From the human T2T-CHM13v2.0 reference genome, Homo sapiens, in NCBI RefSeq assembly GCF_009914755.1, contig NC_060929.1: a stretch of DNA of 64,000 bases; one strand, given 5' to 3'. This document shows, piece by piece, positions 16,519-31,822 of this stretch. Made by a program: the position numbers and the translations under genes. The notes under the pieces were generated by a model, which searched no databases, had not been told where the DNA came from, and saw only the letters and a list, made by a program, of their open reading frames with translations. Every line of letters begins with the position of its first letter. The first letter of the stretch is position 1.

Positions 16519-16815
16519 GGCCAGGTATTTTAGCTCAAGCCTATAATCCTAGTACTTTGGGAGGCCAAGGCAGGAGGATTGCTTGAGCCCAGGAGTTCAA
16601 GAGCCACACAGAACAACATAGAGAGACCCCATCTCTACAAAATATTTTTTTAAAAAATTAGTCTGGCATAGTGATGCACATCTGTGGTCCCAGTTACTTG
16701 GGAGACTGAGGAAGGAGGATTGCTTGAGGCTGTGGCGAGCTGTGATCACACTGCTGTGCTCCAGACTGGGTGACAGAGCAAGACCCTCCCCCTGACACAC
16801 AGTAAAAAATAAAGT
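16519..16815 (+). mobile_element. AluJ-type SINE
   Basis: GGAGGATTGCTTGAGCCCAGGAGTTCAAG...GACAGAGCAAGACCC. Confidence 0.85.
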
Positions 16816-17789
16816 AAGAAAATAGGCAATATGAAACAAAATTTGAAAATATGATAAATGAATGTTATCTTTATAAATTCGCAGTGTGTAGATGCTTATA
16901 AAGTCCTTATCTCATTTGTGTTAAAAACAAGATAATCTATATTATCTACCTCCTTTTAAATTGTGTTTTGTTTTCAGACAAAGTTGTGTTTTGCTTTGAG
17001 GCAACTAGACCATCTATCTTGTGTTCATTCACAATAAGGAACATCTTCTATTAGATAAAGGAGAAATGGTTAGATTGTAATGTAGTTTCAAACCTGATCA
17101 TACATTAGAGACACATGAAAGAATATTTCATTTACTTACATGTTAAATATTTCCATTTGTAGATAATAAAGTTCCTACTCATCTTTAATAAAAACACAGG
17201 GAGTTTGGAAGGCCCAAAACAAACCTATAAATAGTATTTATCTTAAGTAACTCTTTTTAAAGCTCTACTCCATCCACAGGGAAGACTTAGAGAATACTAG
17301 ATTAGGACCAAAATTTTGGGAACAGTACAGCACTATCAGTGTGTGAACAATACCATCATCTGTCTCAGTTATCAAATTAAGACGTCATTCATGCTTGTCT
17401 TAAGTCATGTTCACTAGAAGTAGAGTTTGGGACAGGAATTCTTATGTGAATAATTTATTGGGGGAACGTAAGGGATAAAATAGTGCAGGATAAGAAAAGC
17501 GAAAGACGAGAATGTGGTCTCAGACAAAGCTTGGCCTTGGCCTGATACATAAACATAAACCTGCTCCCAATATTTCTATGTTAAGAAAAGGAGCCAGCCT
17601 TTTATCTTTTTTTTTCTTCGTTTTTTTTTTTTGTTTTTTAGTCTTTCTGGAGTGAGGTATCTCAGCCAAGGGCAATTCTCTAAAGACAGCTGTTGGTAAG
17701 CAAAACATACAGCAGGTTCCAGTGGATGTGCTGCCTTGGATCATAGAAATAGTTTCTGTAATACCCTCTCTTCCTTTACATGAAATCAA

Positions 17790-17985
17790 GGAAAATTCTA
17801 TCCATTATTTCTTATAAATATTTCTTGATCTGATCTTATCATTCTTTTTCTCAGTGCCCTACCTTAGTTTAGGTTCTATCTTAGACCACTGCAGCAGCCT
17901 CCTAAATCATCTCTGAACCTCCACATTGCAGTCAATTATTTTCATAGAGCACAGACTATTATTTTCTCCTTAAAATCCCATTACC
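17790..17985 (+). mobile_element. L2 fragment
   Basis: AGACCACTGCAGCAGCCTCCTAAAT...CTCCACATTGCAG, typical L2 core. Confidence 0.5.
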
Positions 17986-18209
17986 TAAATAATTTTATTT
18001 TTTTAAACTGACTTGTCCTAATCCCCACCCCATATATATTATTTAAGGTTGAGAAACATTTATCCAAGATAAAGTTTTCTGCCAACGGTCTCTCCCCTCT
18101 CTTTCATTTTGTTGACAGAAAGTAGTTAGTGTGCTTTCCATCTCTAAATTGCAGAGCTTTGCACAGCATTCAATAATACTTATTGAGGACAATTAATTAC
18201 AGACATTTA

Positions 18210-18395
18210 ATGAGAAAAGGATGAATTCTGATGCCATTGATATCTGGGCTCAAGTCTTACTTTGGGCAAATTAAGAACTCTGCTTTGCCTCAGATTCCTC
18301 ACTTGTAAGGTAAGGACATTTTCATGAAAATATTTTTGAGATAATTATGTAATATACATTAGGAGAAATTACTGATATAAGCAATAGATAAATTT
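18210..18395 (+). mobile_element. MIR SINE
   Basis: TTGGGCAAATTA...GCCTCAGATTCCTCACTTGTAAG MIR core. Confidence 0.55.
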
Positions 18396-18754
18396 TGTTT
18401 CTACCTTCCTAGAGGTGTCCTGTATAGTGCTGGTCACATAATGTGGGTTCAACAAATATCAGGGCTTTGGTCCAGCCAATTCAAAGTTTCATTGGTTTTC
18501 TTTGTATTTTCTTTCAGAATTAATTCCCTTCATTCTATGATTATATATAAACATCATTTTGTATACTTTTGCTAACATGAAAATTATGAAATTATTTTGA
18601 AAATATTAAGAAAAGATTGTCATTCTGTATTAATTAATAAAAAATGTATTTTCTCTAACATTCTTTGGATTACACATTATTTGCATATCAATACTTCTGA
18701 GGAAAGAGACTCAAAAAGTAGAAAAAAGAATTTCCTTTCAAAAAAGGTATTTAG

Positions 18755-18967
18755 GTAATGGTGTGCTGGAGCTGACTCGCACAAGTGCTTCAGATACAAC
18801 TGTGTATATCTCTTTTCAATTGTGTGTAGTGTCACCATGTTGATGGTTTGAAGTCAGCCACAGTATTTATACCGTGTAAACTACAGAAATTTTTAAATGC
18901 TGCAAAACACAGCTTCATTCCCCAGCACAACAGTGCCAGTTTTAAAGCACTTCCCAGTACAGCACTA
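18755..18967 (+). mobile_element. MER63-like hAT DNA transposon fossil
   Basis: TGGTGTGCTGGAGCTGACTCG...TTGAAGTCAGCCA...CCAGTACAGCACT terminal inverted repeats. Confidence 0.65.
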
Positions 18968-20408
18968 TATTTAATCCAGGAGTTCAATTATCTTCTCATC
19001 GATGGCAGACAAAGGCAAAAGGACAAATTAACAGAATTGTATATGCAGATAATCATTGAAAACTATGCACACTGTTTTCAAATCTCCAGTATTTAAAGAC
19101 AAATTAACAATCTGTGGAGGAGAATACAAAAATCTCACTTATTCTTTGCTTAATATCAATTTCTATAATATTTTCTATCAAATCGGGGCAGGAAGGGGCT
19201 GGAGAAGATGGAAAGAACACATAGAGTAGTTTGCATGTGGGGACACACAGAAAAGCACAAAAGGCTTTATAAAACAAGGACCATGTAATTCTGTAAGTAG
19301 ATGTAATGTGGCTCTTCCTTAATTCCACACACTAGAGTTACCGGCCTACCCAGTGCCTCCTTATTATGCAGTTGTATCCTTAATTAACACACTATAAACA
19401 CAAGCTTTTTAATTCACAGTTTTACTTCTTGCTATTTGCTTTCTTTAAACCTGTATTTCTGGCTATTATATATCTTGAATATCTTAATCGTAAAGAACTA
19501 GTAAACTTTTTCGAGTTGCTTCTCTTTTAGCAAGAGTAAACATTAACTGCCTTAGAAGTCTATTCCTTGTCAGACTTCGTATTATCTGAACTGCTACAAA
19601 GTTTTCTCAAGTAGACTCTTCCTTCCATGGTTAGGAGATGTGGAACATTCGCACTGGCCACATTGCCAAGATTTCCATATTCTATAATAATGTCTCTGCT
19701 ACAATTCTGTGCTAGGCAATATATGAAAAACTTCAAAGGAAACAGAAAAATAGAGAAAACTTTGTAAAAGAATTGATTTATTCATGTAAAACTAACTGAG
19801 TGGCTTTAAAAGATTTACAAATGATGGGAAATTAATTATTTTACAAAATAGCTTTTCCATATATTATGGTTCAAAACACAGCTTGTCACAAGGAGTCTAC
19901 TGGTCATCAACTTTTTAAAATGACTACTATTTCTACTATTTTCTATTCAAATTTTAGTTTTTCCAAGCATATATTATGGTTTTTTTAAATTAACATTTCA
20001 GTAATCATCAACAAGAATTTTCCCAAAATCTCAATATTGATAGTGATAAAGACAAGAAAGTAGAATGTGTTAGGAAAAATCATTGATATTAACGAAATAA
20101 ATACTAGACAATTATAGACAATCTCCTTGGTATAAGGAGATTGCTTATACCAGAATCTGAAGCAAAATGATGTGTTGTTCATTTGCCATGAAGAATCAAT
20201 ATTTCCTCTTGCCTGCCTTTATCACCCTCTGTGATCTATGACTTAGCACTGCTTTCAGAACACTGAAAAATACATACACTGTAGACACTCAATTTACTTT
20301 TTCAAATTCAGTCTTGGATGAAGTAGAGAGATGGTTTCCGAAATTCAGTTATACAGCACACTTCAGAATGGGTAACTACATCATTCCAATGGAAACAATT
20401 GCTTTTCT

Positions 20409-20870
20409 TTTCTCTTTTTTTTTTTTCTTTTTGATTTCCAACTTTTATTTTAAGTTCAGGGCTATATGGGAAGGATGTGCAGGTTTGTTACACAGGTAGA
20501 TGTGTGCTATGGTGGCTTGCTGTACAGATCATCCCATCACTTAGGTATTAAGCCCAGTACCCATTAGCTATTCTTCCTGATGCTCTCCCTCCTCCCACCA
20601 CCACCCTCTGACAAGCCCCAGTATGTGTTGTTAACTACCATGTGTCCATGTGTTCTCATCATTCAGCTCCGACTTAAAAGTAAGAACATGCAGTATTTGG
20701 TTTTCTGTTTCTGCATTGGTTTCCTGAGGTTAATCACTACCAGCTCCATCCATGTCCCTGCAATGGACACAATCTCATTCCTTTTTATGGCTGCATAGTA
20801 TTTCATGGTGTGTATGTACCACATTTTCTTCATCCAGTCTATCATTGATGGACATTTAGATTGATTCCAT
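20409..20870 (-). mobile_element. Older L1PA (about L1PA10-13) 3' end with poly(A); non-inverted part of the outer twin-primed L1
   Basis: Poly-T then L1 3'UTR; ORF 20663-20845 gives the ORF2p C-terminus (WMKKMWYIHTMKYYAAIKRNE); left TSD AATTGCTTTTCT at 20397-20408. Confidence 0.92.
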
Positions 20871-21664
20871 GAAGCTCTTCCAAAAGAGAAGGATATCCTC
20901 CCTAACTCATTCTATGAGGCCAGCATCATCCTGATAACAAAACCTGGCAGAAATACAACAGATAAAGAAAACTTCAGAACAATATTCTTGTTGAACACCA
21001 ATGCACAAACTCTTGACAAAATAATGCCAAACCGAATCCAGCAGCACATCAAACAGCTTATGCACCATGATCAAGTAGGCTTCATCCCCGGGATGCAAGT
21101 TTGGTTCAACATATACAATTCAATAAATATGATTCATCACATAACCAGAACTAAAGACAAAAACCACATGATTATCTCAATAGATGCAGAAAAGGCCTTT
21201 GATAAAATTCAATACCCCTTCATGTTAAAAATTCTCAATAAACTAGATATTGAAGGAACATACTTCAAAATAATAAGATCCATATATGACAAACCCACAG
21301 CCAATATCATACTGAATGGGCAAAAGCTGGAAGCATTCCCTATTGAAAACTGACACAAGACAAGGATGCTCTCTCTCACCACTCTTCTTCCACATAGTAT
21401 TGAAAGTCCTGGCCAGGGCAATCAGGCAAGAAAAAGAAATAAAGGTATTCAAATAGGAAGAGAGGGAATCAAACTATCTTTGTTTGCAGATGATGTAATT
21501 CTATCTCTAGAAAACCCCATTGTCTCTGTCCAAAAGCTTCTTAAGCTGAAAAGCAACTTCAGCAGAGTTTCAGGATACAAAATCAGTGTGCAAAAATTGC
21601 TAGCATTCCTATACACCAACAACAGGCAAGCCAAGAGCCAAATCGTGAATGAACTCTCATTCTT
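20871..21664 (+). mobile_element. Inverted ORF2 (reverse transcriptase) segment of the outer L1, degraded
   Basis: Translations contain RT motifs [25 protein letters not shown] and LFADD; right TSD AATTGCTTTTCT at 23022-23033. Confidence 0.92.
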
Positions 21665-23051
<1,387 letters not shown>

Positions 23052-24208
23052 TAGTAAGTTAAGGTGTAAACAAGGGGCCTCCCTTGCCAGGCAGCCAACT
23101 GAAGGTGCATGAAACCAGATCTTCAACTAATCACAACTGGATAAGACAAACTACAAAAGGAAATGAGAAAAAATCTCAGGAAAGCAAATGGATATGTTAA
23201 GGATGATATGCTATTTCAATAAACTTTTCAATCTGTTATTACAGTCCCTCTGCAAGCACGAAGAAAGGAAAATAATGATGTGCTGAAATATTCTAATTCT
23301 TTTCCTGCAATCAATGTAGCAGACCTAGTATAAATACCCCCAATTTTTTTTTTGAAATTTCAAATCAAACTCCTTTAAAAATATTCTGTAATTTAGGAAA
23401 TCCTCTGGATTTATTCCAGTTAAGATAAAGAATACCTCCACTGTTTTGGTATCCTAGTGTTTCTCTCCTCTTATTTCTTCCAATACAGTTCAATTCTGAA
23501 ATCCTCTGGGGAATCTACGCTTCTTCAACCTCAATCTTTTTTGAGACAATATATAAATCTCATTCTTAATATTTTCATCTTTACCAGAGTGGTGATTTGA
23601 TATGCTTGTTTGTGTGTGTCTTTTTTTAAATTCTAAATGAATTGGGCAAAAAATATTCTAAATACAGTTTTCATTAATGATGTCATACAATATAGTACAT
23701 TTGGGGCACATTTTCTGGCAACTGAATGTAATAATATGGGGATATTTTAGTGTTTTTGTCTCTAAATGAGTTAGATAAACTATATAACACCTAAACACAC
23801 TGGTGTTAGGTTATATACTGGTCTGTATATACCACTACAATAAAATAAAATATTTACTGAAGCATTTTTTTCCTCCTGGCATGTAAAAAAACTTGTAACT
23901 ACTTTCTAAACAAACCTTTCTACACATCATTTACTTTCTTAGATGCAAAGTTGGCATCATTATTAAACATGTGAACAGTGGAGCAATATGTTCTGAATTA
24001 CTTACATATCTGTTAGAAGCTGGAGTCTTTTCCCTCATCATTTATAGTAGCTGTACATACAGAGTAACCAGCAATCTTGGGCAAGCAGTCAGAACAGTCA
24101 GAACAAACGGGCTCGATCCTTCCTCCAATGGCTTCATGCAATGTATTTCTTTCTTTCTTAAGAAATTCCCTATAAAACATCACATTCATGAAGTATAGAA
24201 ACATTTCA

Positions 24209-24455
24209 TGGGAGGCCGAGATGGGTGGATCACGAGGTCAGGATATCAAGACTATCCTGGCTAACACGGTGAAACTCCATCTCTACTCAAAATACAAAAA
24301 ATTAGCCGGGCATGGTGGCGGGCGCCTGTAGTCCCAGCTACTCAGGAGGCTGAGGCAGGGTGAATTCAGGAGGCGGAGCTTGCAGTGAGCCGAGATCGCG
24401 TCACTGCACTCCAGCCTGGGCGACAGAGCGAGACTCTGTCTCAAAAAAAAATAAA
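24209..24455 (+). mobile_element. AluY, 5'-truncated with a small internal deletion
   Basis: GGCTAACACGGTGAAAC and GGAGCTTGCAGTGAGCCG; TSD AGAAACATTT at 24197-24206 and 24456-24465. Confidence 0.92.
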
Positions 24456-26424
24456 AGAAACATTTGAAAATTTCTAATTGAGCATTAGGAAATTATCTGT
24501 CTTTAAAAAAAAAGAAGAGACAAACAGATTTACATAGGCACTGTTTTGAGGATTTTTATATAGAAAACTCCAAGGCTAGTCTGCTGATATTTTTTAAAAG
24601 ATTAAAAACACAAAAACTGTACATTCTTGATAAAATAGGATTAATTCAAAAAATAAAAAAGTCCTCTTCTTTTTAGAAAGTGATGTTTTATTTGATTTTA
24701 AATTTGTCTAATCATTGATAAAATAACTGATATATTCAACTGTCTCATTTGATATGAGGACATAATTAGTTCAGACAAGCAATCTGTGAAAACAAATGCC
24801 CAGAATGGCCAGAATAATCAGGGTTCTAGATTTAGTAAATGCTCCACGGCATATTGCATATAAGCCATTATAATAAGAATATAAGTGAAAATTTAATTGA
24901 TAATAGTTACGAGCCAGCAGTAGAAGGTGATGGGGGATTTTATGTAATAAGAACCTTTAGAAAGATAACTTTAATATTTTATGAATATATACATAGACAA
25001 TATGTACTTTAAACAAATTTTAGATAATAAAATTTTTCTCAAGGTACTTTATAAGGAATTTAAAAGTTTTTAAGCTCTTAGAAATATTAGGAATGTGATG
25101 AGGAAGAGAGCTATACATTCCAAGATTAATTCAAATTATGCCACATTTTGCAACAGACATAAAAAGAAAAATTCAAGTGTTAACAATCATCCAGCTAAAA
25201 TAAGAATGTCAAGCCAAAGTCTTTATGTCCTTACATAATAGAATTTTTTATTTGGGTAATCTGGATGATTAAATAATGTTATGATACTTTATTTTCTTAA
25301 CATATGTAAGAGAATAACTTATAAAAATGTTTACAAAATACATACCTATTTGATTACTGAAAATTACAAGAACACAATGCACTTTAGAAAGGATGTTATT
25401 AAAACATAAAACAGCTTTTATAAAAAAGACAATGACAATTATAGTATAATAAATATCATATCCTGTTCACTCTCTATTATGTTGTGGGTGGCAGAGAGGT
25501 GGCTGGCATCACACTTTTCTGTACCTTTATGTTTATAATTTCAGTAAGCTACATGAGCTGAAATATTTAATGCTTGAATTATTTGCACACTATAAAATGG
25601 TTTTCATTTGCAATCAGTTTTGAATATTAGATTTTTAATAAGGAACTGCTGGGTAGAACTACACTAATTACATCTTATTTATGTCTGCTGAAGTTAAAAA
25701 TAGCTTCATCTTCATAAAATTGTACCATTTGTCTGGTGTTCTGTTCTGGCATGTTTGTGTATTTTTTAAACACTTTTTTTATATTATTCCTGCTGATATT
25801 CAAATAGTGCTATTATCTTAGCTTAGCTTCGCCCTTCTTTTGCTATCTACCAATTTATCATGTTTATTTTGCCCAAAAAAAGTCTCTATATTGCTATCGT
25901 ATTTTTCAGACAAAGCTACAATTTCTTTCATAGAAGTTTAGAACTATGAATTGGGACTAAATGTAGCTACTGAAAAATAATAATATGTAAGGGGTAAAAT
26001 GTCTAGTTTGCACGTTGTTAAAAGAGCTACAAATATTTTGGGGTTGCTAAGGAATAAATACAGGAAAATCTTGAAAAAACATTAACATGTGGTAGAAAAA
26101 GTAGTGAAGAATCAAATAGACAATAATCAGAAATAAATTTCAGATCTATTTCTATGATTGGGAGCTAAAATATTGTCCTTTCTTTTGTTAACAAAAAGGC
26201 ATAAATGCCAAGCAATAGTTGGACCAGCAAGATAAAGAAAATGGAGGATGAACATACGCTGGTACTGTAACTATGGAGACAGAATTTCTTCCCTTTGAAA
26301 TCCAAAGCATGTACACAAAAGTAAGGCCTCTCACATGTCATTAAAATTTTTATTTTACATTTATTCCTTAATCAATAGAAAAAAATGTACATTACAAGAT
26401 AAATTTGAGGATTAAAAAGTAACT

Positions 26425-26703
26425 GGCTGGGTACGGTGGCTCACACCTGTAATCTCAGGACTTTGGAAGTCCAAGGAGGGCAGATTACTTGAGGTCAGGT
26501 GTTGGAGACTAGCTGGCCAACATAGTGGAACCCCGTTGCTACTTAAAATACAAAAATTAGCCAGGGGTGGTGGCATGAGCCTGCTATCCCAGCTGCTTGG
26601 GAGGCTGAGGCAAGAAAATCGCTTGAACCAGGGAGGCGGAGGTTGCATTGAGCAACTGCACTCCGGCTTGGGCGGCAGAGCAAGACTCCGTCTCAAAAAA
26701 AAA
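26425..26703 (+). mobile_element. AluSx-type SINE
   Basis: Full-length Alu; AAAAAGTAA on both flanks. Confidence 0.9.
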
Positions 26704-26965
26704 GTAATTTAAGTAAATATTAGTTCGAAAATTATAAAAGCATGTGTAAATAAATTTCTAAATATTTGGCGTTTTCTATACATTGAAATCAATTTTTCAA
26801 GGATTTTTGAATGAATGGAAATACTCACTTTGAATCTTTGGTATGTTTACTAATCTACTATCCCTTGCTCTGAAGTTTGATTTTCTGCTTGTTACCTTAA
26901 TTTCTTTTTTTTTCTGCTTTTTAACACTACAAATGTAATATACTTTACGTATAAGAAAAAGTTGA

Positions 26966-27299
26966 GGCCAGGCGTGGTGGCTCGTGGCTGTAATCCCAAC
27001 ACTTTGGGAGTCTGAAGTGGGTGGATTACTTGAGCTCAGACAAGTCTGGGAAACATAGTAAAACCCTGTCTCTACCAAAAGTATAAAAATTTTTTGGGCA
27101 TAGTGGTGAACACTTGTAATCCCAGCCACTGGGGAGGCTGAGGCCTGAGAATCACTTGAGCCCAAGAGGTGGAGGTTGCTGTGAGCCAAGCACTCCAGAC
27201 TGGATGACAGAGTGAGACTCTATCTCAAAGAGAAAGAAAGAGAGAGAAAGAAAGACAGAGAGAGAGAGAAAGAAAGAAAGAAAGAGAAAGAAAGAAAGA
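26966..27299 (+). mobile_element. AluJ/S-type SINE with (GAAA)/(GA) microsatellite tail
   Basis: GGCCAGGCGTGGTGGCTC...GAGTGAGACTCTATCTC then GA/GAAA repeats at about 27227-27299. Confidence 0.88.
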
Positions 27300-27328
27300 T
27301 TGAAGTAACACATTTTTGTGTAATATAG

Positions 27329-27661
<333 letters not shown>

Positions 27662-27693
<32 letters not shown>

Positions 27694-27972
27694 AGATGGA
27701 GTCTCGCTCTGTCGCCCAGGCTGGAGCGCAGTGGCGTGATCTCTGCTGGCTGCAAGCTCCGCCTCCCAGGTTCACGCCATTCTGTCTCAGCCGCCCTAGT
27801 AGCTGGGACTACAGGTGCCTGCCACCACGTCCAGCTAATTTTTTTTGTATTTTTAGTAGAGACGGGGTTTCACCGTGTTAGCCAGGATGGTCTCGATCTC
27901 CTGACCTCGTGATCCTCCCACCTCGGCCTCCCAAAGTGCTGGGATTACAGGCCTGAGCCACCGCACCCGGCC
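27662..27972 (-). mobile_element. AluY (tandem with previous)
   Basis: Long poly-T, AluY diagnostics, ends CACCCGGCC. Confidence 0.93.
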
Positions 27973-28299
27973 TGTACTAAAAGTCTACTAATGTTAATTA
28001 AACCTTATAAACAAAAACACAACAAAAATAAAAACTTTGCTCTTCAATGATTTCATCTTATTTTTAAAACATAATAAAATTGGATTGAACAATTGTTATA
28101 CATTCAGACTAGTTGCTTAATTTGGTAGCTTTAATTTGAAAATATATGCAAAATTCAATAGGACCCAGGTAAAATGGAACATTTATATAAACTGACAAGC
28201 CTTTACATTTAGTAATTCTAATTATTTTATTTTATTGTAAAATATAAACGGACAAGTACTAGCTCAAGTTGTAACACTGCTTTAAATGTTGCTTTTGAA

Positions 28300-29992
28300 C
28301 TTTGGCTTCCAGAAAAGATGAGTAACATGGACCTAATTTTTCCTTCTTCCCGAATCAACTATGAAATTTAACAATATATATGAAATAACAGTTTCAAGAC
28401 ACTGGACATCGGGCAGGCATTAATCCCTGAGAGATGGGGCACAAATGTACTGGACTATATGATATCCGTAAATTATGGGCTAGAGTGAGTTTCCAGGCTG
28501 CAACTCTTCGAAAAGAGGAATGCAGGTAAAGCCTGGTGGCCTCCCTGAATTGAGAAGGCAGAGCTGGAAAATTAGGGAGATCAAAGCAGCTATACTTCAC
28601 CCAGTGGAGTACAAGTGCAGAGAAAGTGGCAAAGACCTACATAAAGCACCCCTAGGTTCTTCAGCTGACTTCAGCTGACTACTGATGAACAGATAAGTGC
28701 AAGGAAAACACCTAAGGCCAGGGAAAGAACCATCAGGAAACAGACTCATGAATGATGGAGTTAAGAAAACAGGGACACTAAATAGTTATTACAACTACAT
28801 TCCATATATTCAAGGAGGTAGAGCAAAGAGTGAACATGTTAAATAGACACAAGAAAGATATAAAGATACATATGAAACTTAAAGAGATGAAAAATACAAT
28901 TGAGATATAAAATAGACTTAATGGGATTAACAACAGATTAGAACTGGAAAAGAGTAGTAAACTTGAAGAAATAGCCATAGAAATTAGAAAAAGAACATCT
29001 GAATTAAAAATAAACAGAACTTAAGTGATCTGTGGAAAAACTTGAACTGGCTTAGTATATAGTATATATGTAGTTGAAATTTCAGAAAAAAAAGAGAGAG
29101 TGGTCAGAAAAATTAATGGCCACATTTTCCAGATTTAATGACAACTACAAACCTGCAGATGAACAAAACCCAATGAACTACAAGCATAAGAAACATGAGC
29201 AAAATTACACCAAAGGTGATCATAATCTGGATAATAAAAACCAGAGATAAAAATAAACTCTTAAAGCCAATCAGAAGAAAAAGGAGATATGATATACAAA
29301 GGACGAAATATAAGAAAGACTTATTCTCTGAAAAACTGCAAATCAGAAAACAATGGAGTAAGTACCTTAAAGTAATGAAAGAGAAAAAATGTCAATCTGG
29401 AATTTTATATCTGGCTAAAATATTTGTAAGCAAGGAAGTTGAAATAAAGACATTCTTATACATAAAAAGTTGTATGTATTCATCTACAGCAGACATGCAC
29501 AACAAAATATTCTAAAGGAAGTTTTCCAAGTTGAAAAAATGATATCTGAATAAAAATATGGACTGACATAAAGGAATGAAGACAGAAGGAAATGTAAATA
29601 TAACATAATAATATAAATATATAAATAATATAAATATTATGTAAATATAACATCCATTTTTCTATATCTCTTTAAAACATAAATGACTCTTTAAAACAAG
29701 ATAATAATACAATGTTGTGTGTTTCATATCACGTAGAAAATAAAAACGTGATAACAATAGAACTGGTAATGGAAAACTGAAGTGTGTGATTAAAGTTTAT
29801 TTTACTAGACATGAAGTGATCCAATATTAGCTTAAGGTTGACTTTGGTAAGTTACTGGTGTATACTATAAACATCACAGTATAGCCCTAAGCTGCTAAAA
29901 AATAAAGTTAATAAAAATTAGAGCTAACAAGGCAACAAAAGACATAAAATGGAGTCATAAAACATACCCAATTCATCCAAAAGAAGGCAGAA
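28300..29992 (+). mobile_element. Old L1M 5' region with degraded ORF1
   Basis: ORF 29195-29515 (TPKVIII...DLFSEKLQIRKQWSKYLKVMKEKKCQSGILYLAKI) resembles the L1 ORF1p C-terminal half. Confidence 0.75.
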
Positions 29993-30321
29993 ACATGAAG
30001 ACAGAGAATAGAATGATAGAAAACAGAGGCTGGAAGGGTGTGTGGGTGGGGGAAGGGGATGAAGAGAGGTTAGTTAATGGGTACAAACACACAGTTAGAT
30101 AGCACAGAAGGGTAATTATGACTAACAATGTATTATGTATTTCAAAACAGCTAGTAGATAGAACGTTCCCAATATGTGGAAATGACAAATACTGAAGCTA
30201 ATGGATACTCTAAATGCCATGACATGATGATTACACATTCTATGCATGTAACAAAATATCACATGTATCCCATAAGTATGTACAAATATTATGTTTCAAT
30301 AAAACAATTAAAACAAAAAAA
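29993..30321 (+). mobile_element. L1MA-type 3' end
   Basis: GAGAGGTTAGTTAATGGGTACAAAC...ATGCATGTAACAAAATATCACATGTATCCCATAA...TCAATAAAA plus A-tail. Confidence 0.8.
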
Positions 30322-30349
30322 GTGCATGTATTCAAATCATGGTAGATGG

Positions 30350-30527
30350 GGAGGTTTCTTACTTTCTCAGTATGAAAACCTGGGCAAGTTACTTAAGCTC
30401 TCATTGTTTAAACGTATTTGCTAAATAAGAATAATTATAATAATGCCTCCCTCATAAGCTTGTTGAATAGAATAATTAGGTATCATTTCTGGAACATAAT
30501 AATAGCTCAATGCTTGTTAGCTGTTAT
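30350..30527 (+). mobile_element. MIR SINE
   Basis: CCTGGGCAAGTTACTTAAGCTCTC...ATAATAATGCCTCCCTCATAAG...AGCTCAATGCTTGTTAGCTGTTAT. Confidence 0.65.
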
Positions 30528-31320
30528 TGATACAGGATAGGGGCAGGGAAGTGCTAGGTAGAGCAGGGTGAGGTCCCTGGCAAGGGCTCCAATCCTCTCT
30601 TGGGCCTGTGCCCACATACCTAAGTGAGAACAGGCACTCCTGTTTTCACGCACAAATGTTGCATTTTCCAAGACCACTTGGGCCCACCATGCCCCCTATC
30701 CTGTGCCCATAAAAACCCGAGCCCCTAGCGGACACACACACAAGCAGCTAGACATTAAGAGGAGCAGAGGAGCAGAAGAGCCCACTGACAGGCACCAGCA
30801 GATGCCTGCAGGCCATCCATGGCAGGAGGACATGGAATGTGGTCGGGGGCAGTCAACCGCTGGGCGGCCCAATGCCAGGGGAAGAACATCTCCATGCTAC
30901 ATCCTCTTTCTGGCCTCCTCATCCACCTCACTGGGAGCTACCTCCTCTAAATAAAACCTTGCACCCATCTTCCAAGCCCAAATGTGATCCGATTTTTCCT
31001 GCACAGTAGGGCAAGAATCTGGGATACAGAAAGTCGTTTGTTCTTGTGATAAGGCAGAGGGTCTAATTGAGCTGATTAACACAAGCCTCCTGCAGATGAC
31101 AAAGCTGAAAGAGCACACTGTAACACACGCCCGCTGGGGCTTTGGGAGCTGTAAACACTCAACTCTAGATGCTGCTGTGGAGTTGGAACACAAAAACGCT
31201 CCCCATGACCTGCCAGTCTGCATGCTCCCCTTGGGGGTTTGAGCAGAGCACCAAAGTAACAAGCCACACCCCTGTCAAGCACACCCTGAGAGGGGGATAA
31301 GGGAACTTAATTCTGTTTCA
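30528..31320 (+). mobile_element. ERV1 solo LTR, LTR1-family-like (793 bp)
   Basis: TGATAC...TTTCA termini; 4-bp TSD TTAT (30524-30527, 31321-31324); CATAAAAA TATA-like box near 30708; AATAAA near 30950. Confidence 0.8.
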
Positions 31321-31469
31321 TTATTATTACCTAACTTAAGATCATCAGTGTTATCTATTTTTATTATGTAAACATTAATATGTAGCATTCATAAGAAATA
31401 ATCCAGAAAAACAGGAAAACAAAAACAATAATCAATGTTCTCATGTAAAAAAAGGTACAAACAAAGTGA

Positions 31470-31822
31470 AATTTATTGATTCAACAGATATTTGAGTAAC
31501 TGCCATGTACCGGACACTTACTTTCTACCAATGAAGGAATGAAAGACAAAAAACAAATAAGGAATGATTATTGTATGTTAGAAATGACAAGGGTGAGCTA
31601 TGTCAGAATATAAATTAGAAAAGGGGTCTGATGTGGAATTTCATGTAAGCTTGTAAAGAAAACTTTTTTGAGAGGGTGACTTTAGATAAAAACCTAAGGA
31701 AGTAAAGGAGCTAATCATGTGAACATGTGTAAAAAGCAGATTCTAGGAAGAGAGAATGGCAACTGGAAGGGTCCTTAGTTAGGAACATGCTAGTTTGTTC
31801 TAGAAACAGCAAGGACAATCAG
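31470..31822 (-). mobile_element. L2 fragment
   Basis: ATTCAACAGATATTTGAGTAACTGCCATGT...TTCTAGGAAGAGAGAATGGCA...GAAACAGCAAGGAC. Confidence 0.6.
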
